Origin: Vitreimonas sp.
GTDB taxonomy: Bacteria; Pseudomonadota; Alphaproteobacteria; Caulobacterales; Aquidulcibacteraceae
Direction of reading: 5' to 3'
Assembly (NCBI RefSeq): GCF_036392335.1
Contig: NZ_DASVYD010000045.1
Span: 5,254-69,253 of the forward strand
DNA length: 64,000 nt
The position numbers and the translations under genes are program-made. The stretch's first letter is position 1. Each line of letters opens with the position of its first letter. Shown here piece by piece: positions 1-9,841 of the stretch. Under the pieces are notes generated by a model. That model was given only the letters and a program-made list of their open reading frames with translations, made no database searches and was not told the DNA's origin.

Positions 1-670
1 CGCGGCGGCCAATGTGGGTTTCGCGATCGACGAGATTGAAGTGTCGACGATCGAAGGCGCATCGGCAATTTCGCCGGCGCGTGCGGCTGAGGTGCGCGCG
101 CTGATCGTGCCGGAGGGGCGTCAATCGATCCTCGCGCTCAACCCCGCTGACGTGAAGACGCGGGTGGAGAGCCTGGATTGGGTGCAGGGCGTGCGCGTGC
201 GCCGCCTGTGGCCGAACGACATGCTGATCGAAGTCGAGCGCCGTCAGGAATATGCGCGCTGGCAGGAAGATGGCGAGATTTCCGTGATCGATGCGAACGG
301 CGAGCGTTTGCTCACCGAGCGCGCGGCGGACCATGCGCATTTGCCGCTCGTGGTGGGTCAAGGCGCCGGCCCCGCGTCGCCGCCGATGCTGGCGGCGCTC
401 GAGAGCCTGCCGCAGGTTCGCGCGCACTTGCGTGCGCTGGTGCGCGTGGGCGATCGCCGCTGGAATGTTGAACTGACGAGCGGGACGACGGTGGCGCTGC
501 CGGAGGAGCATCCGGAAGCGGCGCTGGCGCAACTCGAACAATTGCAGACGGAACACGCGCTGCTCGACCGCCCGCTGGCGCAGATCGATATGCGCGTGCC
601 GAACCGTGTCGCCATTCGCGTGCATCCGGTGCTGGCCGGCGGCTTGCGGCCTCTTCTGGGAGGCGCGTGA
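1..670 (+). CDS. ftsQ: cell division protein FtsQ, C-terminal part (5' end lies outside the window)
   Basis: Frame is open to the window edge. POTRA/FtsQ-like sequence (VQGVRVRRLWPNDMLIEVERRQEYARW). Stop TGA overlaps the ftsA start (TGATG). Confidence 0.8.
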   Translation, partial: AAANVGFAIDEIEVSTIEGASAISPARAAEVRALIVPEGRQSILALNPADVKTRVESLDWVQGVRVRRLWPNDMLIEVERRQEYARWQEDGEISVIDANGERLLTERAADHAHLPLVVGQGAGPASPPMLAALESLPQVRAHLRALVRVGDRRWNVELTSGTTVALPEEHPEAALAQLEQLQTEHALLDRPLAQIDMRVPNRVAIRVHPVLAGGLRPLLGGA

Positions 671-2007
671 TGGCTCTGGCTTACGACCCCGTCCGCGAAA
701 CGCGCGCGCCGCGCGAGGATGCGCCGCGTGAAGCCTTGGCGCCTCTGGTGGCGACACTGGATGTGGGTGTGGCGAAAACCGTGTGCTTGGCCGCGCGCCG
801 CGACCCAGTGCTGGAAATGCACCCGGACCGGCCAATGCGCGTGTTGGGTATTGGCGTGCAAACCGCGCCGGCGATCGCCAGCGGCAAGCCGGCGGATTTC
901 GATGCGTGTGCGCGCGCTATTCAAGTTTCGATCGAAGAGGCGGCGGCGATGGCTGGCGCGCCGATCCGTCGTGTCGTGGCGTCGTATTCGGGGCCGGGTG
1001 TGGCGTCGCGCATTTCGCGCGGCGCGGTGCGTTTGAAGAGCGGCGCGGTGACCGGCCGTGACATCGACGCGGCGATCAACGCGGCGATGCAAGCGAGCCC
1101 GACGCCGAACCTGGCGGTGCTGCACATCGAACCGCTGCGCTACATGGTCGACGATGGCGAGCCGATCGACGATCCCTATGGCTTGAGCGGCAAGACGCTG
1201 GCGGTTGAAGCCTGCATCGTGACCGCGCCGGATGCAGCTGTGAGCGCGCTGAAATCGTGCGTACGCGCGGCGGGCGCCGAAATCGAAGAGATCGTCGCGG
1301 CGCCGCAAGCGGCGGCGCTTGCGGTGATGACGGCCGAAGAACGCGAGATGGGCGCGCTTGTTGTCGATCTGGGCGCGGGCTCGATCGGCTTGGCGGCGTA
1401 TGCGGCTGAAGGCTTGGTTTACGCTGAGACTGTCGCGTGTGGCGGTGGCGTGCGTATGACGCGCGATCTGGCGGCGAAGCTGCAAACGACGTTCGCCGCG
1501 GCCGAGCGCGTGAAATTGCATTTCGGCGCTGTCGGCAATGCGTGCGATCCGCGTGAAGCAGTGTCGGCGCCCAAGCTTGGTTTGGACGGGCGCTTGGAAG
1601 CGGCGACGACGTTGCGCGGCGTGATCGTCGATACGCTGACGCCGCGTTTGACGGAAATGCTGTTGCTGGCGCGTCAGCAATTGTCGCGCGCGGGCTTCTC
1701 GGGCGCGGCTGGTCCGCAACGCGCGATCCTTGTGGGCGGCGGCGCGCAAATGCCGGGCGTACGTGAATTAGCGGCGGAAGTGCTGGGCATGCCGGTGCGG
1801 CTGGGCCGTCCGCATGATCTGTGCGGCTTCGATCAATACGAAGCGGGGCCGGGCTATGCGGCGAGCGCTGGCTTGTTGCGTCATCGCTTCGACAACCCAC
1901 AGCTCGCCGACGTCGAAGATCATTTCGCGCCGAGCTTGGCGCATGTGGCGTCGATGATGCGCGACACCATGGGCAAAGCTTGGAATTGGTTGCGCGATAA
2001 TTTCTAG
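670..2007 (+). CDS. ftsA: cell division protein FtsA (actin-like ATPase)
   Basis: About 445 aa with an FtsA-like sequence (VVDLGAGSIGLAAY, ILVGGGAQMPGVRELA). GGGAGG lies 6 nt upstream of the ATG at 670; an in-frame GTG at 667 is also possible. Directly follows ftsQ. Confidence 0.9.
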   Translation: MALAYDPVRETRAPREDAPREALAPLVATLDVGVAKTVCLAARRDPVLEMHPDRPMRVLGIGVQTAPAIASGKPADFDACARAIQVSIEEAAAMAGAPIRRVVASYSGPGVASRISRGAVRLKSGAVTGRDIDAAINAAMQASPTPNLAVLHIEPLRYMVDDGEPIDDPYGLSGKTLAVEACIVTAPDAAVSALKSCVRAAGAEIEEIVAAPQAAALAVMTAEEREMGALVVDLGAGSIGLAAYAAEGLVYAETVACGGGVRMTRDLAAKLQTTFAAAERVKLHFGAVGNACDPREAVSAPKLGLDGRLEAATTLRGVIVDTLTPRLTEMLLLARQQLSRAGFSGAAGPQRAILVGGGAQMPGVRELAAEVLGMPVRLGRPHDLCGFDQYEAGPGYAASAGLLRHRFDNPQLADVEDHFAPSLAHVASMMRDTMGKAWNWLRDNF

Positions 2008-2681
2008 CGGCGGCCGCCGCGCCCGTAATTGGCGGGGTCGGCGTTCGGGCCGCTGTCATTATCGGTGACGCCGGTGTAGCCGCGCGAGCCACCGCGGCCA
2101 TAGCCGGCACGGTCGGCGTACGCGCCGCTGTCGTTGTCGGTGTAGCCGCTGCCGCCGCCATAGCCGCGCCCGCCACGTCCGTAGCCGGCGCGATCCGCAT
2201 ATGGACCGGAATCGTTGTCTGTGTAGCCGGTTTGGCCGCCCGAGCCGCGACCGCGTCCGGCGGGATCGGCATAGGGGCCAGAATCGTTATCGGTCATGCC
2301 GGTGCGACCGCCGCGGCCACGACCGGCGGGGTCGGCGTACGGGCCTGAATCGTTATCGGTGACGCCGCTCGAACCGCGTCCGCGTCCGGCAGGGTCGGCG
2401 TAAGCGCCCGTGTCTTGATCGGTGACGCCCGCATAGCCGCCACGCCCGTAGCCGGCGCGGTCGCTCGGGTCGTTGTCGGTGACGCCGCTGCGTCCATAGC
2501 CGGCGCGATCCGCGTAAGCGCCGGAATCGGCGTCGGTGCGGCCTGTGTAGTAGCCACCGCCATAAGCGCCGCCGGTGGCGGTCGCGCAACCCGTCACGGT
2601 TGCAGCTGCGCCGCCGATGATCAGCGTGCCGCCGACGCGGCTCATGAATGAACGCCGATTGAGCGGCTTCTTGTCTGACAT
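2004..2681 (-). CDS. Tat-signal/lipobox protein built of Gly/Asp/Tyr-rich tandem repeats (family not recognised)
   Basis: N-terminus NRRSFMSR...TVTGC fits a twin-arginine motif plus lipobox. Eight units follow, each starting TD[ANQ]D. GGAGAAGG lies upstream of the ATG. The stop interlocks with the ftsA stop (CTAG). Confidence 0.75.
   Translation of the reverse strand: MSDKKPLNRRSFMSRVGGTLIIGGAAATVTGCATATGGAYGGGYYTGRTDADSGAYADRAGYGRSGVTDNDPSDRAGYGRGGYAGVTDQDTGAYADPAGRGRGSSGVTDNDSGPYADPAGRGRGGRTGMTDNDSGPYADPAGRGRGSGGQTGYTDNDSGPYADRAGYGRGGRGYGGGSGYTDNDSGAYADRAGYGRGGSRGYTGVTDNDSGPNADPANYGRGGRR
2007..2543 (-). repeat. coding tandem repeat, 8 units of 19-27 aa (TDNDSG[PA]YAD[PR]AG[RY]GRGG...)
   Basis: Units counted directly in the translated ORF 2004..2681. 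Confidence 0.8.
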
Positions 2682-2781
2682 CGCGCCTTCTCCCCATCGA
2701 GGATGCTAGGCGCCCGTGATGCTGATGCAAGCGGAGATCCGGAACTGCGAGTCGTTCGCGGATTTTGCCCGGGCGTTTGCG

Positions 2782-3327
2782 CTAGACGGTCGCGCGCTTC
2801 TTAGGTGCGCTGGCGATGATGGCGACGAGCCCGGCGCCGCCGCGTGTCGTCATCTTGGTGGTGACGTTCTCAAACAGCTCGTCAGCGTTCTTGGCCGCGG
2901 CGCGGGCGATGCCGCGGCGTTGGTTGGCGTTGGGCGGTTCGTACACTTGCACGAACACGCCGCGCTTGGTGACGATGCGGCGGATGTCAGTTTTGGGATC
3001 GTACGCGTCGGTCCAGAACAGGTTTACGTTCACGGCGAAGACGCGATCGAACAGAGCGGGTTCGCGATCGAACACGTTGAGCGGCGCTTCGATGAAGATG
3101 GAGCGGCCGGCCTTCGTGTAGGCGGCGTTGCGCGCTAGCGCGGCTTTGATGGCGGCGGGCGATTTGTCGAGCCCCATATAGGAGCCGCGCCCGAGCAAGG
3201 GGCAGATGCGCTGGGCGGCAATGCCGCTGCCGCAGCCGATTTCGAAAATGTTGTGCTTCGGCTCGATCTCCATGAGCTCAATCGCCCACTTGATGCGCGC
3301 CGGCGCCATCGCTTGGATTTTACGCAC
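2782..3327 (-). CDS. class I SAM-dependent methyltransferase
   Basis: SAM-binding motif FEIGCGSGIAAQ. The 5' end overlaps the ecm stop by 8 nt if the GTG at 3327 is used; an ATG at 3309 is the alternative start. Confidence 0.75.
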   Translation of the reverse strand: MRKIQAMAPARIKWAIELMEIEPKHNIFEIGCGSGIAAQRICPLLGRGSYMGLDKSPAAIKAALARNAAYTKAGRSIFIEAPLNVFDREPALFDRVFAVNVNLFWTDAYDPKTDIRRIVTKRGVFVQVYEPPNANQRRGIARAAAKNADELFENVTTKMTTRGGAGLVAIIASAPKKRATV

Positions 3328-5293
3328 TCGTTTTCGCAGCCACCAGCTTCACGACGTCGCCCATGATCTGGGTGATGCGGAAATCCTTGGGCGTGTACAC
3401 GCCGGCGACGCCCATTTGGCGCAGAGCGAGCGCATCAGCCGGCGGGATGATGCCGCCGACGATGAGGGGAACATTGTCCAAGCCTTCGGCGCGCATCAGA
3501 CGCACGACTTCCTGCACGAGATCGAGATGCGAGCCGGAGAGGATGGAGAGGCCGACGGCGTGCGCCTGCTTTTCCTTAGCGGCTTTGACGATCTCGGCGG
3601 GCGTGAGGCGGATGCCTTCGTAGATCGCGTCCATGCCGACGGCGCGGGCGCGGGCGGCGATCTGCTCGGCGCCGTTGGAATGGCCGTCGAGGCCCGGTTT
3701 GCCGACGAGGAAGGTGAGCGTGCGGCCGAGCTTTTCGCTGAGGGCGGCGACATCTTGCTTCACCGCGTCGATGTCTTCGCCGCTGGACTCGATGACGACG
3801 GCGACGCCGGTGGGGCCGCGATATTCGCCATAGACTTTGCGGAGCGTCGCCGCCCATTCGCCGGTGGTGACGCCCGCTTTCGCGGCGGCGATGGACGCTG
3901 GCATGATGTTCTTTTCTTCTTGTGCTGCCGCGCGCAACGACGCTAGCGCGGCTTCGACGGCTTTGCCGTCGCGCGCGGAGCGCCAAGCCTTGAGGCGGGC
4001 GATCTGTTCGCCTTCGACGGCGAGATCCACTGTTTGAATGCTCTTCTCGCCGGCTTCGAGCGGCGAGGGCTCGCCGCCGGTAAAGGCGTTGACGCCGACG
4101 ACCTTCTGCTTGCCGGCCTCGATCTGCTCGATACGGCGGCGATTGGACTCGACCAGCGCGCCTTTCATGTAATCAACATTGGCGACCGCGCCGCCACTGG
4201 CTTCGATCTTCGCGAGTTCGGTGCGCGCGCCTTCGATCAATTGCGCGACCTTGGCCTCTATGACTTTTGAGCCGTCAAAGATGTCTTCGAACTCGAGCAA
4301 ATCGGTTTCGTAGGCGAGCACTTGCTGCATGCGCAGCGACCATTGCTGATCCCACGGGCGCGGCAGGCCGAGCGCTTCGTTCCAAGCGGGCAATTGCACG
4401 GCGCGGGCGCGGGCGTTTTTGGAGAGTGTGACGGCGAGTGTTTCGAGCAGGATGCGATAGACGTTGTTTTCCGCTTGCTGCTCGGTGAGACCGAGCGAAT
4501 TGACCTGCACGCCATAGCGGAAGCGCAGCGCCTTCTCGTCGGTGACGCCATAGCGTTCGCGGCCGATTTCTTCCCAGAGCGCGGTGAACGCGCGCATTTT
4601 GCAGAGCTCGGTGACGAAGCGCATGCCGGCGTTCACGAAGAACGAGATGCGGCTAAACACATCGGCGAAGCGCTCGGGCGCGACTTCGCCGCGGGCTTTG
4701 ACGCCGTCGAGAATGGCGATGGCGTCCGCGAGCGCGAAGGCGAGCTCTTGTTCGGGCGTCGCGCCGGCTTCCTGCAGATGGTACGAGCAGACGTTCATCG
4801 GATTCCATTTTGGAATCGTGTCGAGGCTCCAGGCGATCGTGTCGGCGGTGAGTTTGAGGCTCGGCGCTGGCGGGAAGATGTAGGTGCCGCGCGAGAGATA
4901 TTCCTTGAGAATGTCGTTCTGCGTCGTGCCGGTGAGCTTGCGCGGATCGGCGCCTTGTTCCTCGGCGAGCGATACATAGAGCGCAAGCAGCCAAGCGGCC
5001 GGCGCGTTGATCGTCATCGACGTGTTCATCTGTTCGAGCGGGATCTGATCGAACAGCGCACGCATGTCGCCGAGATGCCCGATCGGTACGCCGACTTTGC
5101 CGACTTCGCCGCGCGCGAGGATGTGGTCGCTGTCGTAGCCTGTCTGCGTCGGCAGATCGAAAGCGACGGAAAGCCCAGTTTGACCCTTCGCCAAATTGGC
5201 GCGGTAGAGCTTGTTGGATTCAGCCGGCGTCGAATGGCCCGCATAGGTGCGGAAAATCCAAGGGCTGTCGGGGGCGTGCTGGAACGCGGTCAT
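3320..5293 (-). CDS. ecm: ethylmalonyl-CoA mutase (MeaA/Ecm-type fused B12-dependent acyl-CoA mutase)
   Basis: Single-chain mutase: a catalytic barrel (FRTYAGHSTP, TTQNDILKEY) plus a C-terminal B12-binding domain (GLDGHSNGAEQIA). ccr lies nearby. Start taken at MTAFQH (5293). Confidence 0.8.
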   Translation of the reverse strand: MTAFQHAPDSPWIFRTYAGHSTPAESNKLYRANLAKGQTGLSVAFDLPTQTGYDSDHILARGEVGKVGVPIGHLGDMRALFDQIPLEQMNTSMTINAPAAWLLALYVSLAEEQGADPRKLTGTTQNDILKEYLSRGTYIFPPAPSLKLTADTIAWSLDTIPKWNPMNVCSYHLQEAGATPEQELAFALADAIAILDGVKARGEVAPERFADVFSRISFFVNAGMRFVTELCKMRAFTALWEEIGRERYGVTDEKALRFRYGVQVNSLGLTEQQAENNVYRILLETLAVTLSKNARARAVQLPAWNEALGLPRPWDQQWSLRMQQVLAYETDLLEFEDIFDGSKVIEAKVAQLIEGARTELAKIEASGGAVANVDYMKGALVESNRRRIEQIEAGKQKVVGVNAFTGGEPSPLEAGEKSIQTVDLAVEGEQIARLKAWRSARDGKAVEAALASLRAAAQEEKNIMPASIAAAKAGVTTGEWAATLRKVYGEYRGPTGVAVVIESSGEDIDAVKQDVAALSEKLGRTLTFLVGKPGLDGHSNGAEQIAARARAVGMDAIYEGIRLTPAEIVKAAKEKQAHAVGLSILSGSHLDLVQEVVRLMRAEGLDNVPLIVGGIIPPADALALRQMGVAGVYTPKDFRITQIMGDVVKLVAAKTSA

Positions 5294-5334
5294 GGCGCGC
5301 GCAAGGAAGCATGCGCCGCGCCATGGCGGCAAGC

Positions 5335-6006
5335 TTAATGTTGCAGTGCAGCAGGCGCTGAAGCGTCGCGGTGACGCTGCCAGAGGTCGAGAACGATGCT
5401 CTGCAAATCCTCAAACCTCAGCCGCGAGCCATGCACGCCGAGCGTATAGCCGGGCCCGGCGGTCGGCAGAATGCGTGCGGTGTCAGTGTCGAAGGCGAGG
5501 AAAAGTTGGCCCGCGATCGCACCGCTGCTGACGCCGCTTATATCGCGCCAGGCGAGTGACCATGCGCCGACGCCGAAGGTGCGCACGCCGTCCTGGTCGA
5601 TGCGGGCGAGCGGTTTATCTGTGAACACGCGCCACAAAATGAAGACGCCGCCGAGGCCGAAGAAGACAGCGCCGGCATAACCGACGAGCGAGATGACCTG
5701 CCTGTTCTCGGAGGCGGCGATCGGCGCGAAGATGCCGCAGCCGACCGCCATGCCGATCGCGGCGATGGCCATGCCCGCGAGTTGGATGCGATCGGGTTGG
5801 ATGGTGAGCCCGCCTTGCGCATCAAGCGCGGCGCGCTGGTGCGGCAGGAGCTGCAATCCGCCGACAAGCGCGCAGGCGCCGAAAAAGAGCGTCACCCCGA
5901 GCGCCATGAGGCGATCTTCGGGATCGCCTTTGATCAGCAGGAATATGCCGATGGCAACGAAGGCGAGGCTGCCGAGGGTGAGCAGAATGTCTTTGCCGCG
6001 ATTCAT
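5335..6006 (-). CDS. membrane protein, about 4 TM helices plus a soluble C-terminal (bacterial PH-like?) domain
   Basis: Hydrophobic N-terminal two thirds. Coding-like composition. No family recognised with confidence. Confidence 0.65.
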   Translation of the reverse strand: MNRGKDILLTLGSLAFVAIGIFLLIKGDPEDRLMALGVTLFFGACALVGGLQLLPHQRAALDAQGGLTIQPDRIQLAGMAIAAIGMAVGCGIFAPIAASENRQVISLVGYAGAVFFGLGGVFILWRVFTDKPLARIDQDGVRTFGVGAWSLAWRDISGVSSGAIAGQLFLAFDTDTARILPTAGPGYTLGVHGSRLRFEDLQSIVLDLWQRHRDASAPAALQH

Positions 6007-6107
6007 GAGTCTGGGTGGTGTTGTGCGAACTGTCGTACCCAGGGACTATCGACGTATCGGCGCCTGTCAACGCCACTCGCTTGGAACAGGCGTGGATAGC
6101 GCCGTTC

Positions 6108-6371
6108 CTATCTCGCGCGTCGCACCAATCCTATGAGGATCAGCAGCACGACCGCGCCGATGACGGCATAGAGGATTGATGTGACGAGCGGTCCGCCCAC
6201 GCTGAAGCCTAAGCCCAGCTGCGGCAAGAGCCAGCCGGCGAGGACTGCGCCCAGAATGCCAATCACAATGTTGCCGATTAATCCGAAGCCATAGCCTTTG
6301 ACGATCAGGCCGGCGAGGAAGCCAGCGACCGCACCAACGATCAACCAAACGATCAGCGTTTCAAGGGTCAT
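6108..6371 (-). CDS. GlsB/YeaQ/YmgE family stress-response membrane protein
   Basis: LIVWLIVGAVAGFLAGLIVKGYGFGLIGNIVIGILGAVLAGWL is typical of the family. GGAGG lies 5 nt upstream of the ATG at 6371. Confidence 0.85.
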   Translation of the reverse strand: MTLETLIVWLIVGAVAGFLAGLIVKGYGFGLIGNIVIGILGAVLAGWLLPQLGLGFSVGGPLVTSILYAVIGAVVLLILIGLVRRAR

Positions 6372-6495
6372 AAGCGCCTCCGTTGGTCCGCGCGCCAATA
6401 TCGTGCGGACTCAACAATGGTAGCACACTTTAGGGCAAATGCCGCGTCATACCGCGCTCATCCAAAGTGGCGCTCTTGTGCAGTGCGATATGTCC

Positions 6496-7869
6496 TCAAC
6501 ACTCCACCACATTCACGGCCAAACCGCCTTGGCTGGTTTCCTTGTATTTCGACGACATGTCGAGGCCGGTTTGGCGCATGGTCTCGATGACTTGATCGAG
6601 TGACACTTTGGTGGCGCCGGTGGTGTGGAGTGCGAGACGCGCGGCGTTGACCGCTTTGACCGCGCCGATGGCGTTGCGCTCGATGCAGGGGATTTGCACA
6701 AGCCCGCCGACGGGATCGCAGGTGAGCCCAAGATTGTGCTCCATGCCGATCTCGGCGGCGTTGGCGACTTGTTGCGGCGTCGCGCTCCATATGGCGGCGA
6801 GCCCGGCGGCGGCCATCGAACAGGCGACGCCGACTTCGCCTTGACACCCCATCTCGGCCCCGGAGATCGAGGCGCGCTGTTTGTAGAGCAGGCCAACCCC
6901 GCCAGCGGTAAGAAGGAACGTGCGCGTCTTCGCCTGCACGTCGCCTTCGCTGCAATAATGGCGCAGCACCGCGGGGATGATGCCGGCGGCGCCATTGGTG
7001 GGCGCGGTGACGACTTGGCCGCCGGCGGCGTTCTCTTCGTTCACGGCCATCGCATAGACGTTGAGCCAATCGAAGAGCCGTTCAGGCTCGTTGGCTGCGC
7101 CAGCGCTGCTCATCTTGCGCCAGAGCTCTGGCGCGCGGCGCTGGACTTTGAGGCCGCCGGGGAGTTCGCCGGTGCGCTGCAGGCCGCGCTCGATGCAAGC
7201 GCGCATGACCTCGCCAATGCGATCGAGTTTGGCTTCGGTCTCGCTGCGTGGACGCATCGCGTCTTCGTTGGCGAGGATGATGTCGGCGACACTCGCGTTA
7301 GTGCGGTCGCAGGCCTCGAGCAATTCAGCGGCGGAGCCGAAGGGATGCGGCACGCTGATGCGTGAGGGGATGAGGTCGCCGTCGACGGGTGTTTCGAGCT
7401 GGCGGCGCGTGGCGATGAAGCCGCCGCCGGTCGAGTAATAGTCTTCGCTCGCCAGCACGGCGCCGTTGGCGTCATAGGCGGTGAGCTTCATGCCATTGGG
7501 GTGCAGCTTGGGCATGACATCGTAGGCGAAGACGATGTCTTGCTCTGGATCGAACGCGATGACGCCGCCGTGGGGCAAATCGATCTGCTTCTGTGCATGC
7601 ACATGCGCGACGATGCGATCGGCTTCGGCGGGGTCGAGAGTCTCAGGCTCAAGACCGGCAAGGCCCAGGATGACAGCCTTTGGCGTGGCGTGACCGGCGC
7701 CCGTGAGTGCCAGCGAGCCTTGCAGTTCGACGACGATGCGCTGTGTGGCGGCGCGCGTGCGCGCGCGCTCGAGACTATCGACGAAACGCTTGGCGATACG
7801 GATGGGGCCGACCGTGTGGGAACTCGAGGGCCCAATGCCGACGCGAAAAAGGTCTAGAACTGAAAGCAT
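6496..7869 (-). CDS. sdaA: L-serine ammonia-lyase (iron-sulfur, single-chain form)
   Basis: 457 aa. [23 protein letters not shown]-terminus and [19 protein letters not shown] motif. Confidence 0.9.
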   Translation of the reverse strand: MLSVLDLFRVGIGPSSSHTVGPIRIAKRFVDSLERARTRAATQRIVVELQGSLALTGAGHATPKAVILGLAGLEPETLDPAEADRIVAHVHAQKQIDLPHGGVIAFDPEQDIVFAYDVMPKLHPNGMKLTAYDANGAVLASEDYYSTGGGFIATRRQLETPVDGDLIPSRISVPHPFGSAAELLEACDRTNASVADIILANEDAMRPRSETEAKLDRIGEVMRACIERGLQRTGELPGGLKVQRRAPELWRKMSSAGAANEPERLFDWLNVYAMAVNEENAAGGQVVTAPTNGAAGIIPAVLRHYCSEGDVQAKTRTFLLTAGGVGLLYKQRASISGAEMGCQGEVGVACSMAAAGLAAIWSATPQQVANAAEIGMEHNLGLTCDPVGGLVQIPCIERNAIGAVKAVNAARLALHTTGATKVSLDQVIETMRQTGLDMSSKYKETSQGGLAVNVVEC

Positions 7870-8054
7870 GGGCGGCAGCTATTTCCCGAACGCGCGGTCG
7901 GCGCTTGCGCTGCTTACACGTGCGCGTTGGCAACCGCTACGCTGCTTGACGTTGGGAAAACGACGCGGCGGCGCCGCTTGCAGCGCCAGGGCATTGACGA
8001 CTTGCCTAAAAGATGTCCCATTGTGCGCTGCAGCATAAATCGCGAGAGCGCTCC

Positions 8055-9326
8055 ATGGCCCAGCCGAACCTGAAAGCCGTCAAGGACCTGTACGATATCG
8101 GGGAGATTCCGCCCCAATTCCATGTGCCCAAAACCATGTGGGCGTGGGCTATCCGCAAGGAGCGGCATGGCCGCCCCGCGACGGCGATGCAGCTGGAAGA
8201 AGTGCCAGTGCCCACGATCGGCGAGGACGAAGTGCTCGTGCTCGTGATGGCGGCCGGCGTGAATTATAATGGCGTATGGGCCGCGCTCGGCCAGCCACTC
8301 AGCCCGCTCGATGGCCACAAGCAACCTTATCACATTGCCGGCTCCGACGCCTCCGGCATCGTGTGGGCTGTTGGCTCAAAGGTGAAGCGTTGGAAGCCCG
8401 GCGACGAAGTCGTCATCCACTGCAATCAAGACGATGGCGACGACGAAGAATGCAATGGCGGCGATCCGATGTTCTCGCCCAGCCAACGCATTTGGGGTTA
8501 CGAGACGACGGACGGCTCTTTCGCGCAATTCTGCAAGGTGCAAGCGCGCCAGCTGATGCCGCGGCCGAAGCATCTCACCTGGGAAGAGGCCGCGTGTTAC
8601 ACGCTCACCCTGGCGACTGCGTATCGCATGCTGTTCGGCTGGCGTCCGAACGTGCTCCGGCCCGGCCAGAACGTGCTGGTGTGGGGCGCCTCGGGCGGCC
8701 TCGGCGTGTTCGCGACGCAACTCTGCGCGGTCAGCGGCGCCCACGCGATCGGCGTCGTCTCCGATGAGAGCAAGAAAGATTACGTGCTCTCGATGGGCGC
8801 GAAGGCGGTGCTCAACCGGAAAGACTTCGATTGCTGGGGCCAGCTGCCAAAGGTGAATGGCGAGGGCTTTCCCGAATATATGAAAGAGGTGGCGAAGTTC
8901 GGCAAAGCCGTGCGCGCCATCACCGGCGGCAAGGACCCCGACATCGTGTTCGAGCACCCGGGCGAGCAGACCTTCCCGGTTTCCGTGCGCATCGTGAAGC
9001 GCGGCGGCATGGTTGTGATCTGCGCCGGCACCACGGGCTACAATCTGACCATGGACGCGCGTTATCTCTGGATGCACCAGAAGCGCGTGCAAGGTTCGCA
9101 CTTCGCCCACCTCTATCACGCCAGCCAGGCCAACCAGCTCGTGATCGACCGCCGGATCGATCCGGCGATGTCGGAAGTGTTCGCCTGGGACAAGATCCCG
9201 GACGCGCACGAGAAGATGCTCGATAACAAGCACGCGCCAGGCAACATGGCCGTGCTGGTGAACGCGCAGCGTTCGGGTATGCGCACCTGGGAAGAAGTGC
9301 TGGAAGCCAGCGACGCGCGGGGCTGA
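8055..9326 (+). CDS. ccr: crotonyl-CoA carboxylase/reductase
   Basis: MDR-family enzyme with a Ccr-typical N-terminus (KDLYDIGEIPPQFHVPKTMWAWAIR) and IWGYETTDGSFAQF. Start taken at MAQPNLKAV. Confidence 0.85.
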   Translation: MAQPNLKAVKDLYDIGEIPPQFHVPKTMWAWAIRKERHGRPATAMQLEEVPVPTIGEDEVLVLVMAAGVNYNGVWAALGQPLSPLDGHKQPYHIAGSDASGIVWAVGSKVKRWKPGDEVVIHCNQDDGDDEECNGGDPMFSPSQRIWGYETTDGSFAQFCKVQARQLMPRPKHLTWEEAACYTLTLATAYRMLFGWRPNVLRPGQNVLVWGASGGLGVFATQLCAVSGAHAIGVVSDESKKDYVLSMGAKAVLNRKDFDCWGQLPKVNGEGFPEYMKEVAKFGKAVRAITGGKDPDIVFEHPGEQTFPVSVRIVKRGGMVVICAGTTGYNLTMDARYLWMHQKRVQGSHFAHLYHASQANQLVIDRRIDPAMSEVFAWDKIPDAHEKMLDNKHAPGNMAVLVNAQRSGMRTWEEVLEASDARG

Positions 9327-9385
9327 TTGCGCCAGCTCAATGCGGCATGCGGCAAGGGAGCGCTCCTTAACCAAAGGAGGCTCCC

Positions 9386-9841
9386 ATGCTTAACCCAGCC
9401 CAGCGCGACTTTGTCGTGTCGATCCTGGATGAAGCGGCCGATCTGACGGTCGCCACGCTGCGCGCCGACGGCTGGCCGCAGGCGACCACGGTCAGCTTCG
9501 CCAATGACGGGCTCGCGGTGTATTTCGGAACGAACGCGGAGAGCCAGAAGGCGCAGAACATCGCCCGGGACAATCGCGTTTCGGTCACGGTCAATTGCCC
9601 CTACGATGGCGATTGGTCTGCGATCCGCGGCGTTTCCATCGGCGGGCGGGCGCAGCGCGTGACGGCGAGCGATGAGGCGGCGCGGGTCGGCGCGCTCATG
9701 GCGAAGAAATTTCCGCAAATATCGCAATTCGTGGATGTCGGCGCCGGCTTTGAGATGGCGCTCTTCCGGATCGACGCGGAGATCATTTCCGTGCTCGATT
9801 ATTCAAAGGGCTTCGGCCACGTCGACCTCCTGACGGTTTAA
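9386..9841 (+). CDS. pyridoxamine 5'-phosphate oxidase family protein
   Basis: About 150-aa split-barrel-like sequence. Strong SD AAAGGAGG upstream of the ATG. Confidence 0.8.
   Translation: MLNPAQRDFVVSILDEAADLTVATLRADGWPQATTVSFANDGLAVYFGTNAESQKAQNIARDNRVSVTVNCPYDGDWSAIRGVSIGGRAQRVTASDEAARVGALMAKKFPQISQFVDVGAGFEMALFRIDAEIISVLDYSKGFGHVDLLTV

Noticed and set aside
2007-2543. CRISPR-like or satellite interpretation of the tandem repeats (also 10207-10371)
   Set aside because: The repeats are imperfect and in frame, have no unique spacers, and lie inside ORFs with proper starts and stops. They are coding repeats.
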